Assembly (NCBI GenBank): GCA_907165135.1
Contig: OU015568.1
Span: 8,804,001 to 8,868,000 of the forward strand
DNA length: 64,000 bases
Reading direction: 5' to 3'
From: Oikopleura dioica
Taxonomy: Eukaryota; Animalia; Chordata
The position numbers and the translations under genes are program-made. Below, piece by piece: positions 46,552 through 61,462 of this stretch (positions within the stretch are counted from its first letter, which is position 1; each line of letters begins with the position of its first letter). The notes under the pieces are model-generated. The model was given only the letters and a program-made list of their open reading frames with translations. It did not search any database and was not told where the DNA came from.

Positions 46552-47084
46552 TAACAGGTTTTTTTTTATACTGCTGCAAAATGGTGGAGCACTTTTGACT
46601 ACCTTAAACTCAACATTTTTTAGTTCTCTCTTTTGTGTCATGTAGAGAAAGGTCTGTAGTGTGTTAAATAAGCTTTTGGTGCCATCGACATCACTGGTGG
46701 TGGAGCAATGACGTCATGAATCCGGAATTTCCGACTGGTCGTGGGGGACTTAATAAAATTGAAAAATGCTTACAGTCTATAGATATGCAATTTCATCACT
46801 TAGGGGTGTTCCTTAGATCAATATTAAACATTCTTGACATGTTTGGAGCAAACACCAGTGTTGGTGGTGGAGTAATGACGTCATCAAGATTTTTTCCTAT
46901 GATTTTAGTGTATTTTTGACCACCTGGTTACTCCACCACCAGTTATGGTGTTGACACCAAAAGCTTAATTAACATACTACAGACCCTCCCCAACTTGGAG
47001 CAAAAGAGAGAATTGAAATATCTCGACTCTAACACCTCCAAAAACGCTCCACCAATTTGGAGCAGAATAAAAAAAAACCTGTTA
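46552..47084. mobile_element. Degenerate hairpin/MITE with ~160-bp imperfect TIRs
   Basis: Left arm taacaggtttt...ggtggagc...ggtctgtagtgtgttaaataagcttttggtg...ctggtggtggagcaa matches the reverse complement of ~46930-47084 with mismatches; TSD not resolved. Confidence 0.7.
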
Positions 47085-48128
47085 CTACAGTCTATCGCCC
47101 GAGGGGCGAATTCTCTCTTCGTATTGATCTTTTTTCTCAGTGAGTCACTATTAGTAGCCCTTCCCGCCCCAGTCGAGAGGTAGAGCTGAAGTAGGAGGCT
47201 ACGGAAAAATAGAACAGTGCCTTTTTCTCACTATTTCAGTGCTTTTTTTCTTTCAAAAACTATCAAAAATTTCAGAGATTCGAAATTCTGTTCCCCTGAA
47301 TCTGAAATTTTGCCGTCTATTTTCACTGGTGCAAAGAAAAAAAAAACGATAAAACAATTGCAGCATTTTTACAAGTCACAATTTCAGACAGTTATTATCG
47401 TCCATCTTCAATTTGAGCCCTTCTGGAAGTCGAAAACTTCAATTCACAGAAAAACACTTCTGAAAAACAAGGTACACGTCCCTGGGGTCGCATTTTTTCT
47501 AGCTTTTCCCCCGATCTTCGAAAAAAAAGAGACACAGTTATATTTGTACAGAGTATTCACGCATACTGCCCAGAAATTTATACAGTCACTGTCCGACAAA
47601 GCTGTAAATAACAGTATTACTGTACCCATTTTTTGATACACCACGATTCTGGCATCGAAAAAACCTTTTCTGAAATTCGACATTTTACTGTCTGTTTCCC
47701 AGATTTTTCGCCTGAAATTTTGCCTGAAAAAGATTTTTTCTGATCAAAAAAGTTTCTGTATGAAAAACTTAAAATATACTACCAGAAAAAACACATACTC
47801 ACCCGGTCGGAAAATATGAAATCGAAATATGAATTAAAATATATCTTCTTTCTTTATCGAAAGAAGATTCAAAAAGGTAACTTTCCCTGTACCATGTTAT
47901 TTCTGCTACATGGAAGTTATTACGAATTCATTTATCTCCAGTTAGTTTTATCGCTTAATTTGGCTCTCAAGGAATTCTTGATAAGAATCAAGTTGAAAGC
48001 CAAATTGATAGGAATTCTTTGAGGGCCAAAATTAGGGGTCAGGAAATTCAAGGTCGAAAAAGAGCAAAAGAGAGAACTCACAAGTAACATCAATGTTCAA
48101 GGGCGTCTTTTAAAAACAAGAAAGGAAG

Positions 48129-50653
48129 ATGAGCGCTGTCGAAAATGGAAACAATCTTAAGGAACGTTGAACCAGTTTTTAAATGATAACTTATTATTGA
48201 TAAGATAACTACCAGTTATTAAATATGAATAGATGTTAGTTTGAGTAGACTGAGCCAAGAGAAATGCCGAATTATCATAAGCCCATCAAGTAATTATGGA
48301 AGATGAAGTGAAAATATCTGCAGATGTCCTTACTTTTTAAATTATAGATTTAACATAATTTCGAGAACTGCAATATTCAAACGCGCACATTGGAACAATC
48401 AATCATATTAAGTTTCCATCCTTGTGTCTATGTATCATTATGCTTATATAAGCGTAGTGTATAAATAATCAGTCCCAGCAAGTAATCCCCAGTCTCGAAG
48501 CTTCGAAACATTTATAACGAACTTTTCTCAATTTGCAAAAGCGAGAGCGTGGCATGGAAGACTTTGGCACGACCGGAGCTCCTCAACTTTACACCCAAGA
48601 CGGTCCTCCTGATGCGAAGCGGCCGATGAACGACCTTTTCGGCGGCGAAAATTTGACGACTGAGGAATACCCCGTGCCGGATGCAATGGTTGGGCTGATC
48701 ATTGGTCGTGGCGGAGATCAAATTACGAAGATCCAAGCCGATTCCGGTTGCCGCGTCGCTGTGGTGCCACAGAGTACTGGTGGAACTACCAGACCTTGCA
48801 CAGTGAGTATGAATTCATTACGCCATTTTCAACGCCCCTAGCTCACTGGGAACCCCGAACAAATCGCAGCGGCGAAGAAAATGCTCCAAGACATCATCGC
48901 TCGCGGATCGGTGAAAGAAGGAGAGAGCTACAACGGACATCCAGCACCGTCGGCCAACGAATTGATGAATCAAAATGTCGCTGCTACCGCGTCAATCGAT
49001 GGAAACGTCATGGTATGTTTCTAGAACTCTTTTATTGCGCTAATTACTTTATTTTATTTTGACAGATTTTTCTCTATTCTCAAGGTTAGTGTTTCATTTT
49101 TCGGAACTGGGCGTAAAATAATGACTCACCAAGATAAATCATCAAAATCAATTCATTGTTTTCAGGAAGAGATTATCATCCCACACGATAAGTGTGGAAT
49201 AGTCATCGGCAAAAGTGGCAATACTTTGAGAAATCTCCGTTCCCAATTTGGCTGCTCTGTCAATTTGGATTCTACCGTCAATACTGGCGATCCTAAGCCG
49301 CTTAGAATTGCTGGTCCTCCAGAAAAGGTACATTTTCCAACGGGTGAAAGGCTCTAAAGATGTTCTAGGTGAATTTGGTTGTCGCTGAGGTGCATAAAAT
49401 GATGGCTGCAAAGGAAAACATCACTCATACAAAAGTCCCCGATGGACAGGACCAAGTTACTTTCATGATTCCAAAAGTGTCAGTTGGAGTTGTCATCGGA
49501 AAAGCTGGAGAGACTATCAACAGAATTCAAGAGCAAACGCAGGTACTTGTCTCTCTTCTTTATAATCGCTTAACCTCTTTAGACGCGTATTCAATTTGTC
49601 CCTGATGATCCAAAGATTCTCGAGCGAGGGTGCTACATTATAGGACCGAAAGAGGGATGTCTCCAAGCGCAGAAAGAAGTCCTCGAAGTCGTGCGAAAGA
49701 AGATGGAAGAGGTTGAAGGAAGCAAGCAGCCAATGCCAAAGGTACGGTTCTAGAACTTCTCCTCCGACTAACTTGGATTTTAGCTGGTATTCGACGGCAA
49801 AAGATACGTAAAACAAGACGCAATGAACAGCCACCACGCTGGAGGAGGAGAACAGCAAGTCGACTACCCCGTCCCGGCCAGTCGAGCCGGAGTCGTCATC
49901 GGCAAAGGTGGCGAGACCATCAACAGCATCAAAGAAAAGACCGGCGCGTTTGTTCAAATCAACAAGAATCCACCCGCCGAGCACCCAGACTGGAAATACT
50001 TCACTATCCGCGGCAACTCGCAGCAAATCGCTCATGCTCAAAAACTCATTCAAGAAAAGGTCGGCGGTCCTGCTCCGCCTGGCGCTGCCATCGCCAACAA
50101 CTCTTCTGGAACCGGTTATTCTTACACTGGACAAAACAGCTACGGAAGCAGCAACGGAGGTGGACAGCAACAGGATTACAGTGCTGCTTGGGCGCAGTAC
50201 TACGCTCAGGTAGAAATAAGAGATCCTCTTCCTTGATTTCAATATTGTTTAGCTCGCTCAGCAGCAACAGCAATCAGCTCCAGCAGCAGCTGCTGCTCCC
50301 GCGGCTAGTGGCCAACCTGATTATTCAAAAGCGTGGGAAGAGTACTTCAGAAAGACAGGGCAAACGCCCCAGAGCTACCAGGCTAGCTTAGCTGCTCAGC
50401 AACAACAGCCAGCGGCTCCAGCCGCTGCTGCTGCTCCAGCTACATCCGCAGCGGTAAGTTACTTTCATAAATTTCACGTAATAGATATAAACAAGATAGG
50501 TATGGGAACATCCGTCTTTTTCGCATATTTCTTAATACTCTTGTAATCTTAACTGGTATTCAGCCGGCTTCTGGTGGCAACCAGGATTACTCTGCGCAAT
50601 GGGCCGAATACTACCGTAAACTCGCAGAGTACCAAAAGTCTCAAGGAAATTAA
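48129..50653 (+). CDS. Far upstream element-binding protein / KSRP family (4 KH domains plus Tyr-motif repeats)
   Basis: KH GxxG loops [32 protein letters not shown]; C-terminal [33 protein letters not shown]. Confidence 0.9.
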
Positions 50654-51097
50654 TAAGAACAACAAAAGAATCAGAACCCTTCGTCACAGCGTGTGGCTAT
50701 CACCTTTCCTTCTCTTTCTTTCGTCCCCAACTTTAAAAAGATCCAGTCGAGCCTGTTTTTCCCTGTTTCTCTACATTACATCTTTCCCACACTGTATATT
50801 GTCTCCTGAGTTTAAATAATATATTATTTCTGCTAGCAAATTAAGCTAGAATCATGCCAACTTATAAGAAGATCAAAGTTTAGGAAAAATATTGAACGAA
50901 TTTCATTTTTGAATTCATATTTTGTACTGCCATTATAAAGAAATAACTTTTCTCCTGTCAAACAACGACAAAAATAAACATAGCTCCAAATTTATACGAA
51001 ATTTCTACCAAATATTGCAGGAAAAATTGAGATGTAAATCGTTCAAGAACCACAGTTTACCGCGGGTTCACCGCTTGGTTAAATACCGGTATATAAG

Positions 51098-51832
51098 ATG
51101 TTGAATTCCAGAATGAAATTCATCCCTCGAAAATATTTTCACGAAAATGTACGAGTGGAAGTAGTAGAAACGCTTCCAGACGAAATGGACGGTGAAAATA
51201 TAAATTATCACGGGACGCATTTGTGGGCGAGCGCAGTAGTTCTATCCGCAGTGGTTCAAAAGCTAGGCATCTGTCGCGATAAGAAAGTGCTTGAACTTGG
51301 CTGCGGCTGTGGCCTGCCAGGGCTAGTGGCAGCGCAAGAAGCTGAGTTGGTCGTTTTTACGGATGGGTTTGAATCTGGCTTGCTTTCCGCCCAGAAAGCG
51401 TTGGAAATTAACCAGACAGTGGCGAAGACAGAAGTGAAGAGACTCAAATGGGGTGATAAGGAGGTCTTGCAAAACATGAATCGCATCGATATTGTCTTGG
51501 TAGCTGATTGTTTGTACCCAGATGTCTCCAGCTGGAATGATTTTTTTCTAACAGTGGTTGAGATTTTAAAGAAAAACGAAAGTTCCAAATGTCTTCTCGG
51601 TACTAACTCAAAATTCATCAGTTTTGAACCCATTGTTCTAGCATTTCATAAACGAAGCACATCGGTCCAGCTTGACCCCTTCTTTGCATACTGGAAGCTC
51701 AATGCACGAGTGCTGCCTCTTAGCCACTTTGAGCTGGATTTAGAGGATGATATTGGCGGCACAAGACTTCCAGGAAACAACACTGGATCGATCATCATCT
51801 ATGAGATCACTTCTTCTCTTCTTCAAACTTGA
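51098..51832 (+). CDS. METTL23: Seven-beta-strand methyltransferase, METTL23-like
   Basis: HGTHLWASAVVL, VLELGCGCGLPGL, DIVLVADCLY, YWKLNARVLPLSHF...TRLPGNNT; 48-nt intron read through in the ORF track. Confidence 0.75.
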   Translation: MLNSRMKFIPRKYFHENVRVEVVETLPDEMDGENINYHGTHLWASAVVLSAVVQKLGICRDKKVLELGCGCGLPGLVAAQEAELVVFTDGFESGLLSAQKALEINQTVAKTEVKRLKWGDKEVLQNMNRIDIVLVADCLYPDVSSWNDFFLTVVEILKKNESSKCLLGTNSKFISFEPIVLAFHKRSTSVQLDPFFAYWKLNARVLPLSHFELDLEDDIGGTRLPGNNTGSIIIYEITSSLLQT

Positions 51833-51884
51833 ACAAATTCGCATCAGAAATCAAATCTTGCTGGCATCTTTATTTCTTCTAAGA

Positions 51885-53043
51885 ATGGTCGAATCTTTGG
51901 TCAAAAGCTTTGCTCTTGGAACATCAGCCACAGTAGCTGCTGTAGCTTTTCTCGGCTATGCAATCTATCAAAATCGAAGAGTCTGGTAAGAGAGAAAAAA
52001 TCAATCAACAGTTCGAGCTGATATTTAGCCATCTCCGCGCGGCCCTGGCACTGAAAAAATACCGCGATGCGCATTTAAAAAAACCTTTCGAAATCGAAAC
52101 GCTCTTTTTCCCAGATAAAAGAATTATTTGCTGGAACTTATTATTTTCGAAGTGCAGGTGGGCAGTTCAAAATATTTTCATTTTTCATCGATTTCAGAGA
52201 CGATAGCTGCTCATACTGCCACGATCGAGATGCGCCATTGGCTCGGGTACGTGTACTTAGACGTGACAAGCTTATTTTAGCAAGATCCAAAAAAATTAAA
52301 ATGATTTTTTCTAGCTCGTACGAACTATTCAAAATGCCAAGAGAACCATTGACCTGGCTCTTTTTGAAATAACTTCAGAAGAACTTACACAAGCGATTTT
52401 GGACAAATTGAAAGAAGGAGTCAGAGGTACTTTTGTATTCTTAAACTCTAGTAATCGACAAGAATGGGGACTTGATTATCATCTATATCTTGTTTTTTTA
52501 ATTCAGATGAGTCTCCTGAAACTGTAGTTTCATTTTATTTTACAAATTAACAAGCTCTTCTGCGGATATTTATTCGGGGTAGCAACCGTAAGATGCCGCC
52601 AGAGAGCATCATATCTTAGCGGGAGATCATTTGGTTCGGTTTTTATCAAGTTTAGAATCATGGTGATCCTCATCGGTCGTTACTTAGTTAGCACCACTTA
52701 CCTATGAATATTTTTCTCTGCATGTATTCACACATTTCCAGTTCGACTGATAATTGACAGCGAGTACATGATGACGACTGGTTCAAAGCTTGGAAAGATC
52801 ACCTCTGCAGGATGCGAGTTCATCCACGACCACACGCACGGGCTGTTTCATCACAAGTTCGCGATCATAGACTCGCAACTTGTGATCTCTGGCTCAATGA
52901 ACTGGACTCGCCAGGCGGCTATCGGAAACTATGAAAATGTTTTATTGATCAAAGACAAAAATACAGCGAGCGAGTTTGAGACTGAATACGAAAAGATGTG
53001 GAAAGAGATTACACAGAGGCTTAAATCAGCAACTGGTAATTAA
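51885..53043 (+). CDS. PLD6: MitoPLD/Zucchini endonuclease (single HKD PLD)
   Basis: N-terminal TM anchor ATVAAVAFLGYAIY, LFFPD followed by a Cys/His zinc motif, AKRTIDLALFEIT, VRVRLIID, HHKFAIID...SGSMNWT...NYEN. Confidence 0.88.
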
Positions 53044-53196
53044 TCCTCTTTTTCAGCCTCCTTCCTAATTGACGTTTTCAGAAAAGCTGCCAGACCAAGC
53101 CGGAGATTGGTGAAGAAAGAGAATAGAGAAGCTGTACTGCCAAACAAAACTGCCGAAAGAATCAAAAGATAATGTCACTGAATTACTCTTCTTAGA

Positions 53197-54420
53197 ATGC
53201 CTTGCTCGCAAGAAGAAGCAGATCGAAGATTAGCCGCTTATTTCAGCAAGCTTGATCCTTTATCAGCCGGTATTCTGAGCGAAATCGAGCAAGTAAAGCA
53301 AGCTTACACGAGAGAAAAGTGGAATAAGCTCTCGACAAAGCAACAAGAAGACATTATCGACGGACATTTTGTTCCCGAAAATGTTAGACGAATGTATCGA
53401 AAGAACAGTAGAGCTCGTTCTCCCCCAACAGGTCGGACAAAAATGATTTTTCTGAGATTCTCAAGCAAAATTTTCAGAGGGAATTTATCCTCAGCGACAG
53501 ATAACCACCGGCCAGGGCTTTTACGGGAAGAAAAATAATATCCAAGACGGGTTTTCAGCTCCTTTTCATTGGGAAACTCAAAGTCAAATCAATGAATTTT
53601 ACATTTTGGACGATGATCAACAAACTAGCGGTACTCTTTAACCCATTTCTTCCAATTTAATGCCTCTCGTTCAGCAAAACCATCACTTATCAAATCAGCC
53701 AAGGACAACTCCGACTTCATGGGGAAAATCAATGCGCAGCTAGAAACAGCAGCTTCCACCAAGGGGTTCGTCCAAGAAACGAAAAGTGCAACGAGCACTC
53801 CCTCGTCTTCCAGGCCGAAGAAACTCGCCCCTCCTCCTCCTTCCCGTGAAACTCCTCCGTCTTCAGCTAAAAGTTCTAACAAGCCCTCTACAACTTCACC
53901 TCCTCGTCGAGCAAAGCCTCCACCACCACCTCGAGCACCTTCAACGCGTCGAATCAGCGACGTTTCTGAAATTTCATCCTCTTTGACGCCTTCCACGCCG
54001 ACTCCACCTCCATCCCGACTTGACTTCAACAACAACGGTATGATAAATCCCGCTTTTCTAGGCGACTGTACCTCTTCACTTGATTCTCACTCTGTCAACT
54101 CGCTAAATGCAACCATCGACCTATGAAAAAAAAATCCTCATCTTCAATCCGTTTTCTTTCAAATAAATAACTAAACGCGTATCGATTCTATTTGATTCCA
54201 AGGAACCAGTTCTGAATAAATAATTCCAGTCCCGACGATCAAGGATAAGCCTAAAGCGCCCCTACCTGAAGTGAAAGAAATCACGAGGCAACAAAAAGAA
54301 GAGAGCCCTAGCAGTATTCCGAAGCAGGAAGATTCTGAGCCCGAGAGTCAGAACTTCTCGGATACGGAAGAGTTAATCAAGACGAAGAAAGAAGAGTACA
54401 ACTTTTTGCTCAATTGGTGA
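53197..54420 (+). CDS. C1orf198 homolog (DUF4706)
   Basis: AYFSKLDPLSAGILSEIEQVKQAYTREKWNKL...QQEDIID, QDGFSAPFHWETQSQ, C-terminal YNFLLNW*. Confidence 0.75.
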
Positions 54421-54867
54421 AATCGGAATCGATGGCTCGCCAGGCTCGTTTTTCATATTTTTTATAAACGATTCTGTTAAATTATTGATGAAAAACTGAG
54501 AAAAGGACGTGATAACCCGCGCCGTTCTTCTTCACTGTTTAATGCTCGTTGTTATTTCAAAGTTTATTTATTTTTACTTAATTTTTTATCGTGGAATGTA
54601 GCCTCCACTTATGTGCCTTCCCCTCGAACTCATCTCCGAATATATCATTTAAAACTGTATGATTCTGCGCTCTTGATTCTACCAAACAACTTTCCTCATG
54701 CACTGATCTTTCAACCCCCACTTTCAATTAACAATTTCTTCTGATTATTTCTTTTCGATTTTTGCTTTTGTCATTTTTCCCTTTTATTCCTATGTTCGTT
54801 TCTAGAATACCCTAAATCATTCCAATATTGTTATTTGATCTTTTATAAACCGTTCAGTTAGGCAAAA

Positions 54868-55999
54868 ATGACCGGTCGAAAGCGCACAAACTCTGAAACT
54901 GAAAACGGCGATAATAACGAAACAAAGAAGCCAAGAGTCCAAAAAAGTTTGGAAGCTCCCTTTTCCTTCGAAACTGAGCGACTGGAAAATTTCGTCCGAA
55001 TTGGCAGAGAAGAGGCACTTGCTGGAACAGCGAGCCGCCCAGTCAGGGTCTACTGTGATGGAATTTATGACATGTTTCATGCAGGTAAGTTTTTCTTCTT
55101 TGTATCGCATAAAAATTGCTTTAGGACATGCCCGACAACTCAAGCAAGCAAAAGAAGCCTTCCCAAACGTCTACTTAATGGTTGGCGTCGTCTCAGACGC
55201 TGTCACCCACAAATTCAAGGGCAGGACCGTCATGACCGACACAGAACGCTACGAGGCCATCCGGCACTGCAAGTACGCGGATGAGGTCGTCCAGAATGCG
55301 CCCTGGATCATTGATCAAGAGTTTTTGGACGAAAACCAAATTGATTTCGTTGCGCATGACGATGAGCCGTACACGATTGGCTCTGCTGAAGACGCATATG
55401 GATTCGTCAAGAAAGCTGGCATGTTTCTTGCGACTCAGAGAACTCCGGGAATCTCTACATCAGGTTAGTCATTTTAAAATGATTGAGCGTCTAATCTCTT
55501 TCTAAGACATCATCTGCCGGATTGTTAAAGACTACGACGTCTACGTCCGACGAAATCTCCGCCGAGGATACAAACGAAAAGATCTCAACGTTGGAAAACT
55601 TCATGAAACCCGAATCAAAGTCACTGATTTTGTTGACGACTGTAAACAACAATTGACTGGTAAGAAAGTTGTTTCGGATCTTGATTTAACCATAGTTTAG
55701 AAACACGCGCATCACTGACCGATTTGGTGGACGAGAAGTCTGCTAGAATCAACGAGTTTCTTCGCAAGTGGTTCACTCCTATCAGGTTCGTTTCTCACTA
55801 GAGCTGTTTCTAACAGAGATAAATCAGTGAGGTGATTTCTAATGCAATCAGTCCTTCTCAAACTCCGCCTCAAACAACCGAGGACAGCGAAGACGAAGAG
55901 ACCCCTGCAGATCTTCCTGGTGCTCCTCTGGTAAATAACCGCCACTAAGATTAATCTTTTCACTTGCTTTTTTAGGATACGTCGACTGAAATCCACTGA
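54868..55999 (+). CDS. PCYT1A: Choline-phosphate cytidylyltransferase
   Basis: [17 protein letters not shown]|[27 protein letters not shown]|[22 protein letters not shown]. Confidence 0.92.
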
Positions 56000-56238
56000 T
56001 GAAAAATGAGCTTCATCGTACTCTTCGCATTCTCTAGGATTATTATTTTCGCGCTGAATTCTGTTTTTGAGTCTATCGCAAATCTTTGCAAAATTTTGCG
56101 AGTATCATCACTCCCGTTTCTATTTTTACCTGCTTCAGCCTTCATTTACCTCTTCAATTACTATTTTCTTCAATTTCGTTCAAAGATAATGTTCCAAATT
56201 TCCAATAAATTATTTATTTATTTCCCGATCTCCTCAGA

Positions 56239-57810
56239 ATGTCAGACAGTGTCAATTCTGAAACGGTGACTTTAAAAGTGGGTGATTTGGAACTCGAGGT
56301 TCCCAAAAGCAAGACGATTTGTCCGGCTCAGCGGTGGCATTTGAATCCCTCTGAGTTCGCTCACAGGCTGATTGTCGGTCATGGGTTGAGCCACGGGGTT
56401 GCTGGAGAGCTTGAGAAGGAGATAAGACGAGTTTCCGATCAGCTGTACTTTGAGAAGTACGCTGAGGATGAGGTTCTAGAGCAATTTGATATGGACGAGC
56501 TTGACGATCTTTTGGAAGACTTCGAGGAATCGAGAAAAACGCCGAGTAAGCAGAAGAAAAAGATCGATATCTTCGACCAGGGCCGATACAACATCATGGA
56601 GAAACTCGTCAACTCCGAGGCGGTTACTCACGTGATCGAGTTGGAACAACGGATGCGGAATCAGCGTAAAATCATCGTAAAGAATCGAGGAATTTCGATC
56701 CAGAAGATGATTGAGCGGCATCAAAAAGAACTCGGCGAGTCCTCTGTCGATGCGACGATAAAACGTCATCTCGATGATCGGGAACGCATTGAGTCGCACT
56801 TTCGGGATGAAATCCAGATTCTAGAGCAGAAACAACGCGCCGAGTTCATCTTTAATGCCGAGCGATTGATCAAAGAAGCTGCTCGTGGAAATTTGAAACC
56901 CAAAGATGTTACAGAAGGCGACTGGGTCGAAGTACCAGAAAATCACATTCCTCCAAATCAAGAGTCATTCACTGTGAACCTGGGAAATCAGCTGAAGCTC
57001 ACGCAAAACTTGAGATTAGTTCAATGCAATCTTGCAGAAGAAATAAAACCGCCAAGGAATTCAAAAACAGCAAGACTGGAGAGTTTGTTTAATTTGTTTG
57101 CTGGAAGGCCTTCTGGGATCGTTTTTCCTGTCACAAATACCTCCATCCGTAAGTACAGTATATTGTCTGCATTACTGACTAATGATCGTCCTTGAAGGGT
57201 ACATCGATGAGCAGTTCGACGAAGTCCGCCGAAGCTGCATCGAAAACACGGATTTTCTATTCCCTTCTATTGACGAACAGCTAATCCTCGCTGCCGATAA
57301 AGTTGACTCTTTCCCAGAGGATTTTCCAATCATCACTCGTCACTCGAACCTTTCTGCCTCGGCTCACGTGTTGTTCCATCTATATGTCGGAAAACTGCAC
57401 ACGGAAAAGTCGGTTGAATCGAGACATCCGACTTTTAAAGCACTCAGATTGGCCATAAAAGAAGCATTCAAGGTGATCGACCCATTTGATTTCCATGTAT
57501 TTATGCATTCCTAGGCGGATTTGGCTTCGTTAATGATTCCCCTGCTTCTAACAAACACGATGCATGAAACTATGACAGCTCCTTGGTGCCTTAGACGAGC
57601 GGAAATTGTCATGAAGTGCATCAAAGGTCAATATTTCGTCAAAGATTTTTTGATAACCTGGCCTTATCTTAAGGATATCTGATCGAATTCCCTCTTACTC
57701 GCTGCACGGTCCACTTCACCGTGCCGATGGGCATCGATAGCGTCGTTTTCAAGCGCATCAGAGACCTCATCCCGGAAAATTTCCGCCTAACAGTAGCCTT
57801 GAACATCTAA
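56239..57810 (+). CDS. C12orf4: C12orf4 / FERRY complex subunit 3 homolog
   Basis: [56 protein letters not shown]. Confidence 0.85.
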
Positions 57811-58158
57811 AAAATCACGACCACAACCACTAGCACCCGTCCTCCTTCAAGTTCTTCATCAATACCTTTTCTTTTATATTTATGTAACTGTTACTGATAA
57901 AACTGTGCAATTTCTCATCCAAGATTTTTCATAAAAACAATACTCAAAAAATTCAAACGTCCTGGATTTATTCTTTGAGCTGAGATACAGGGACTCTTAC
58001 TCAGTGAATGTGTTGCCTTATTTTTGTTGGCGGTAGGGTTCAATCTTTCAGTACTCGTTGTTCTTAGCGCTAGTGTAGAGAGTGAAGTCTTTTCGGCCAG
58101 ACATTTTTTTATTAATAGATGGGATCTAAACTCAGGTTCAAAAAGGAGAACATATAGA

Positions 58159-58562
58159 ATGACGAAGATCGAATTTTTCAAAAAGACGAGTATCTGGTGG
58201 GTCTTGCCGATCAGTTTCGGAATGAGCTTGCTCGGCTGGTGCGTTTACGAGCCATCTTCAGTGCCCCACAAAGAGCTCGGAATCCTAGGCAAGCTGACCA
58301 GGGAGCTCGTTGACAACTACCCTGTTCTATTGCAAGTCACGTGGTATGCCGCTGTTGCCGCGCATGTTGGCGAGGCTATTTATGCGTATAAACTTGCATC
58401 CAAAATGGTAAAAGACCAGTTTCTCGGGTTGGAGATGATGAGTTTTTATAGAACATCAAGGAACAATTCTGCAAGGCCTGGTTCGTCCAAACTCTATTTT
58501 TTGGCTACGCATCGCTCATGCATCTCAAAGAATTCGAGGGCGAGCAAATCAAATCAAAATGA
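58159..58562 (+). CDS. TMEM254: Transmembrane protein 254 homolog
   Basis: FFKKTSIWW, LGILGKLTRELVDNY, AHVGEAIYAY, WFVQTLFFGYASL. Confidence 0.78.
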
Positions 58563-58667
58563 CTATTACGTGTAGAAAATAATCAAACCACTTCTGTAAC
58601 TTCCACAAACTAGACCAATGCCTAATACTGTTCGTAACCCATCTTTGAGTTTCCCCTCTTCAGAGAA

Positions 58668-59339
58668 ATGTCACGTGACGAGACGAAGAGTATACTCGAG
58701 CGTCCCCTGAGCAAGGGGAATCAGGAGTTCAGCCTCAGTCTGTACACACTTCTTTTCGCTGAAATGGTCAGATATTGCCAGGATCGAGCGAACTCGCTAG
58801 ACGATGTGGCAGATATGCTCGCAGAAATGGGCAAAGATGTCGGATGGAGGAGTATTGACTTGCTATATCACAGAGAAAAGGTACCCTTGCCTGTTTCAAA
58901 GCTTTTCTAAAATTTGCACCAAGAAAAACAAGCGCGATAACAAAATTTTGGACATCTTGCTATTCATCAAAAAGACATTGTGGACGAAACTGTTTGGCAA
59001 GGTACTCAAAGGAATCTTTCCTGACGTTATTTCATATTTCAGGAAGCTGATAAACTTGAACAAGCAGCTGACGACCCTAGAAACTATTACGTAATCGAGA
59101 AAGAGCCAATTATTTGTAAATATATCTCAAATCCAAAAGGTAAGAAAATTGGTCTAGAATCTCTGTTAATCCGTCATTTAGATAAATCCTCGCTGAACTG
59201 CGCCGCTTTTGCTGGTGGAGTCATTGAGGCTACTCTCTGTGCCGGCGGATTCCCCTGCAAAGTAACGACGCATTGGCATAAAGGCACTACCTTCATGATC
59301 CAATTCGACGAGTCCGTCGTCAATCGAGAAAAAGCATGA
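58668..59339 (+). CDS. TRAPPC5: TRAPP complex subunit 5
   Basis: SILERPLSKGNQEFSLSLYTLLFAEMVRYCQ, LWTKLFGK|EADKLE, SSLNCAAFAGGVIEA, HWHKGTTFMIQF. Confidence 0.93.
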
Positions 59340-59510
59340 TTTCCACCCCTTATTTATCTATTTTCTACTCTTTGATCTGTCATAAAACTATTTCCACGCT
59401 CTTCTTCAGCCTCGAATCTTTTTGTTACTGTAAGTCTGTAACTATGAACTGCCTTTAAAGTTGTGTAATCATTCATTCCGCAGATTTTTTTTAAATACAG
59501 GCTCTATAGA

Positions 59511-59856
59511 ATGCTGTTTTATTCATTTTTCAAATCGCTGGTTGGCAAGGAAGTCACTGTCGAGCTCAAAAACGATCTGGCAATCACAGGCACGCTTCAC
59601 TCAGTCGACCAGTACTTGAACATCAAGTTGAACGATATCTTCGTCACTGAGCAAGGTTCCCCTTTCTTCCTCCAAATCATGTCTTTATCTACCCTTTTCA
59701 GACAAATACCCGCACCTGCTTTCTGTGAAAAACTGCTTCATCCGCGGCTCCGTGGTGCGCTACGTCCGTCTCCCCGCCGAGGAAATCGACCACCAACTGC
59801 TCCAAGACACGGCGAGAAAAGAAGCCGAATCGAACCGCACCAACCCGACGGCTTAA
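59511..59856 (+). CDS. LSM2: U6 snRNA-associated Sm-like protein LSm2
   Basis: MLFYSFFKSLVGKEVTVELKNDLAITGTLHSVDQYLNIKL...|KYPHLLSVKNCFIRGSVVRYV. Confidence 0.96.
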
Positions 59857-60046
59857 AATAAATTTTAGTTCAATTTTTTTGATTATTTTTCATTCAAACA
59901 CAATGTTGGATTATTGTGTTGTTACTGCCCTTACTCTCTACTCTAGCTCTCTTTTTCTCAGCTCTCTGTTTTCTGACGAGTTTGCAAAATTAAAAAATCT
60001 ATTGAACTACTTCTTCTTTTCATCCCTTTTTTTGTTATAGAAAGAG

Positions 60047-61193
<1,147 letters not shown>

Positions 61194-61462
61194 TTTTATT
61201 CTAATTTCAATTGAATTGCATCAAAAATGCCTGTTACGGATAGTCCTTTACATTTACATTGTTTTTTCTTTCAACTGCTGGCAACAACACATGTGTTTTG
61301 ATCTTCTTTCTTCTTTACATAAAATATCACATAAGCTCACGAATAATCTTGTAATGAGTTCAAAACATCCAATATCACAGGTCACACGGGTTGTAGAAAG
61401 AAAATATATTGACTTTTAGAACGCGCAAGTAATTCAAAATCAGTTTTAAGATAAGAAAAAGA

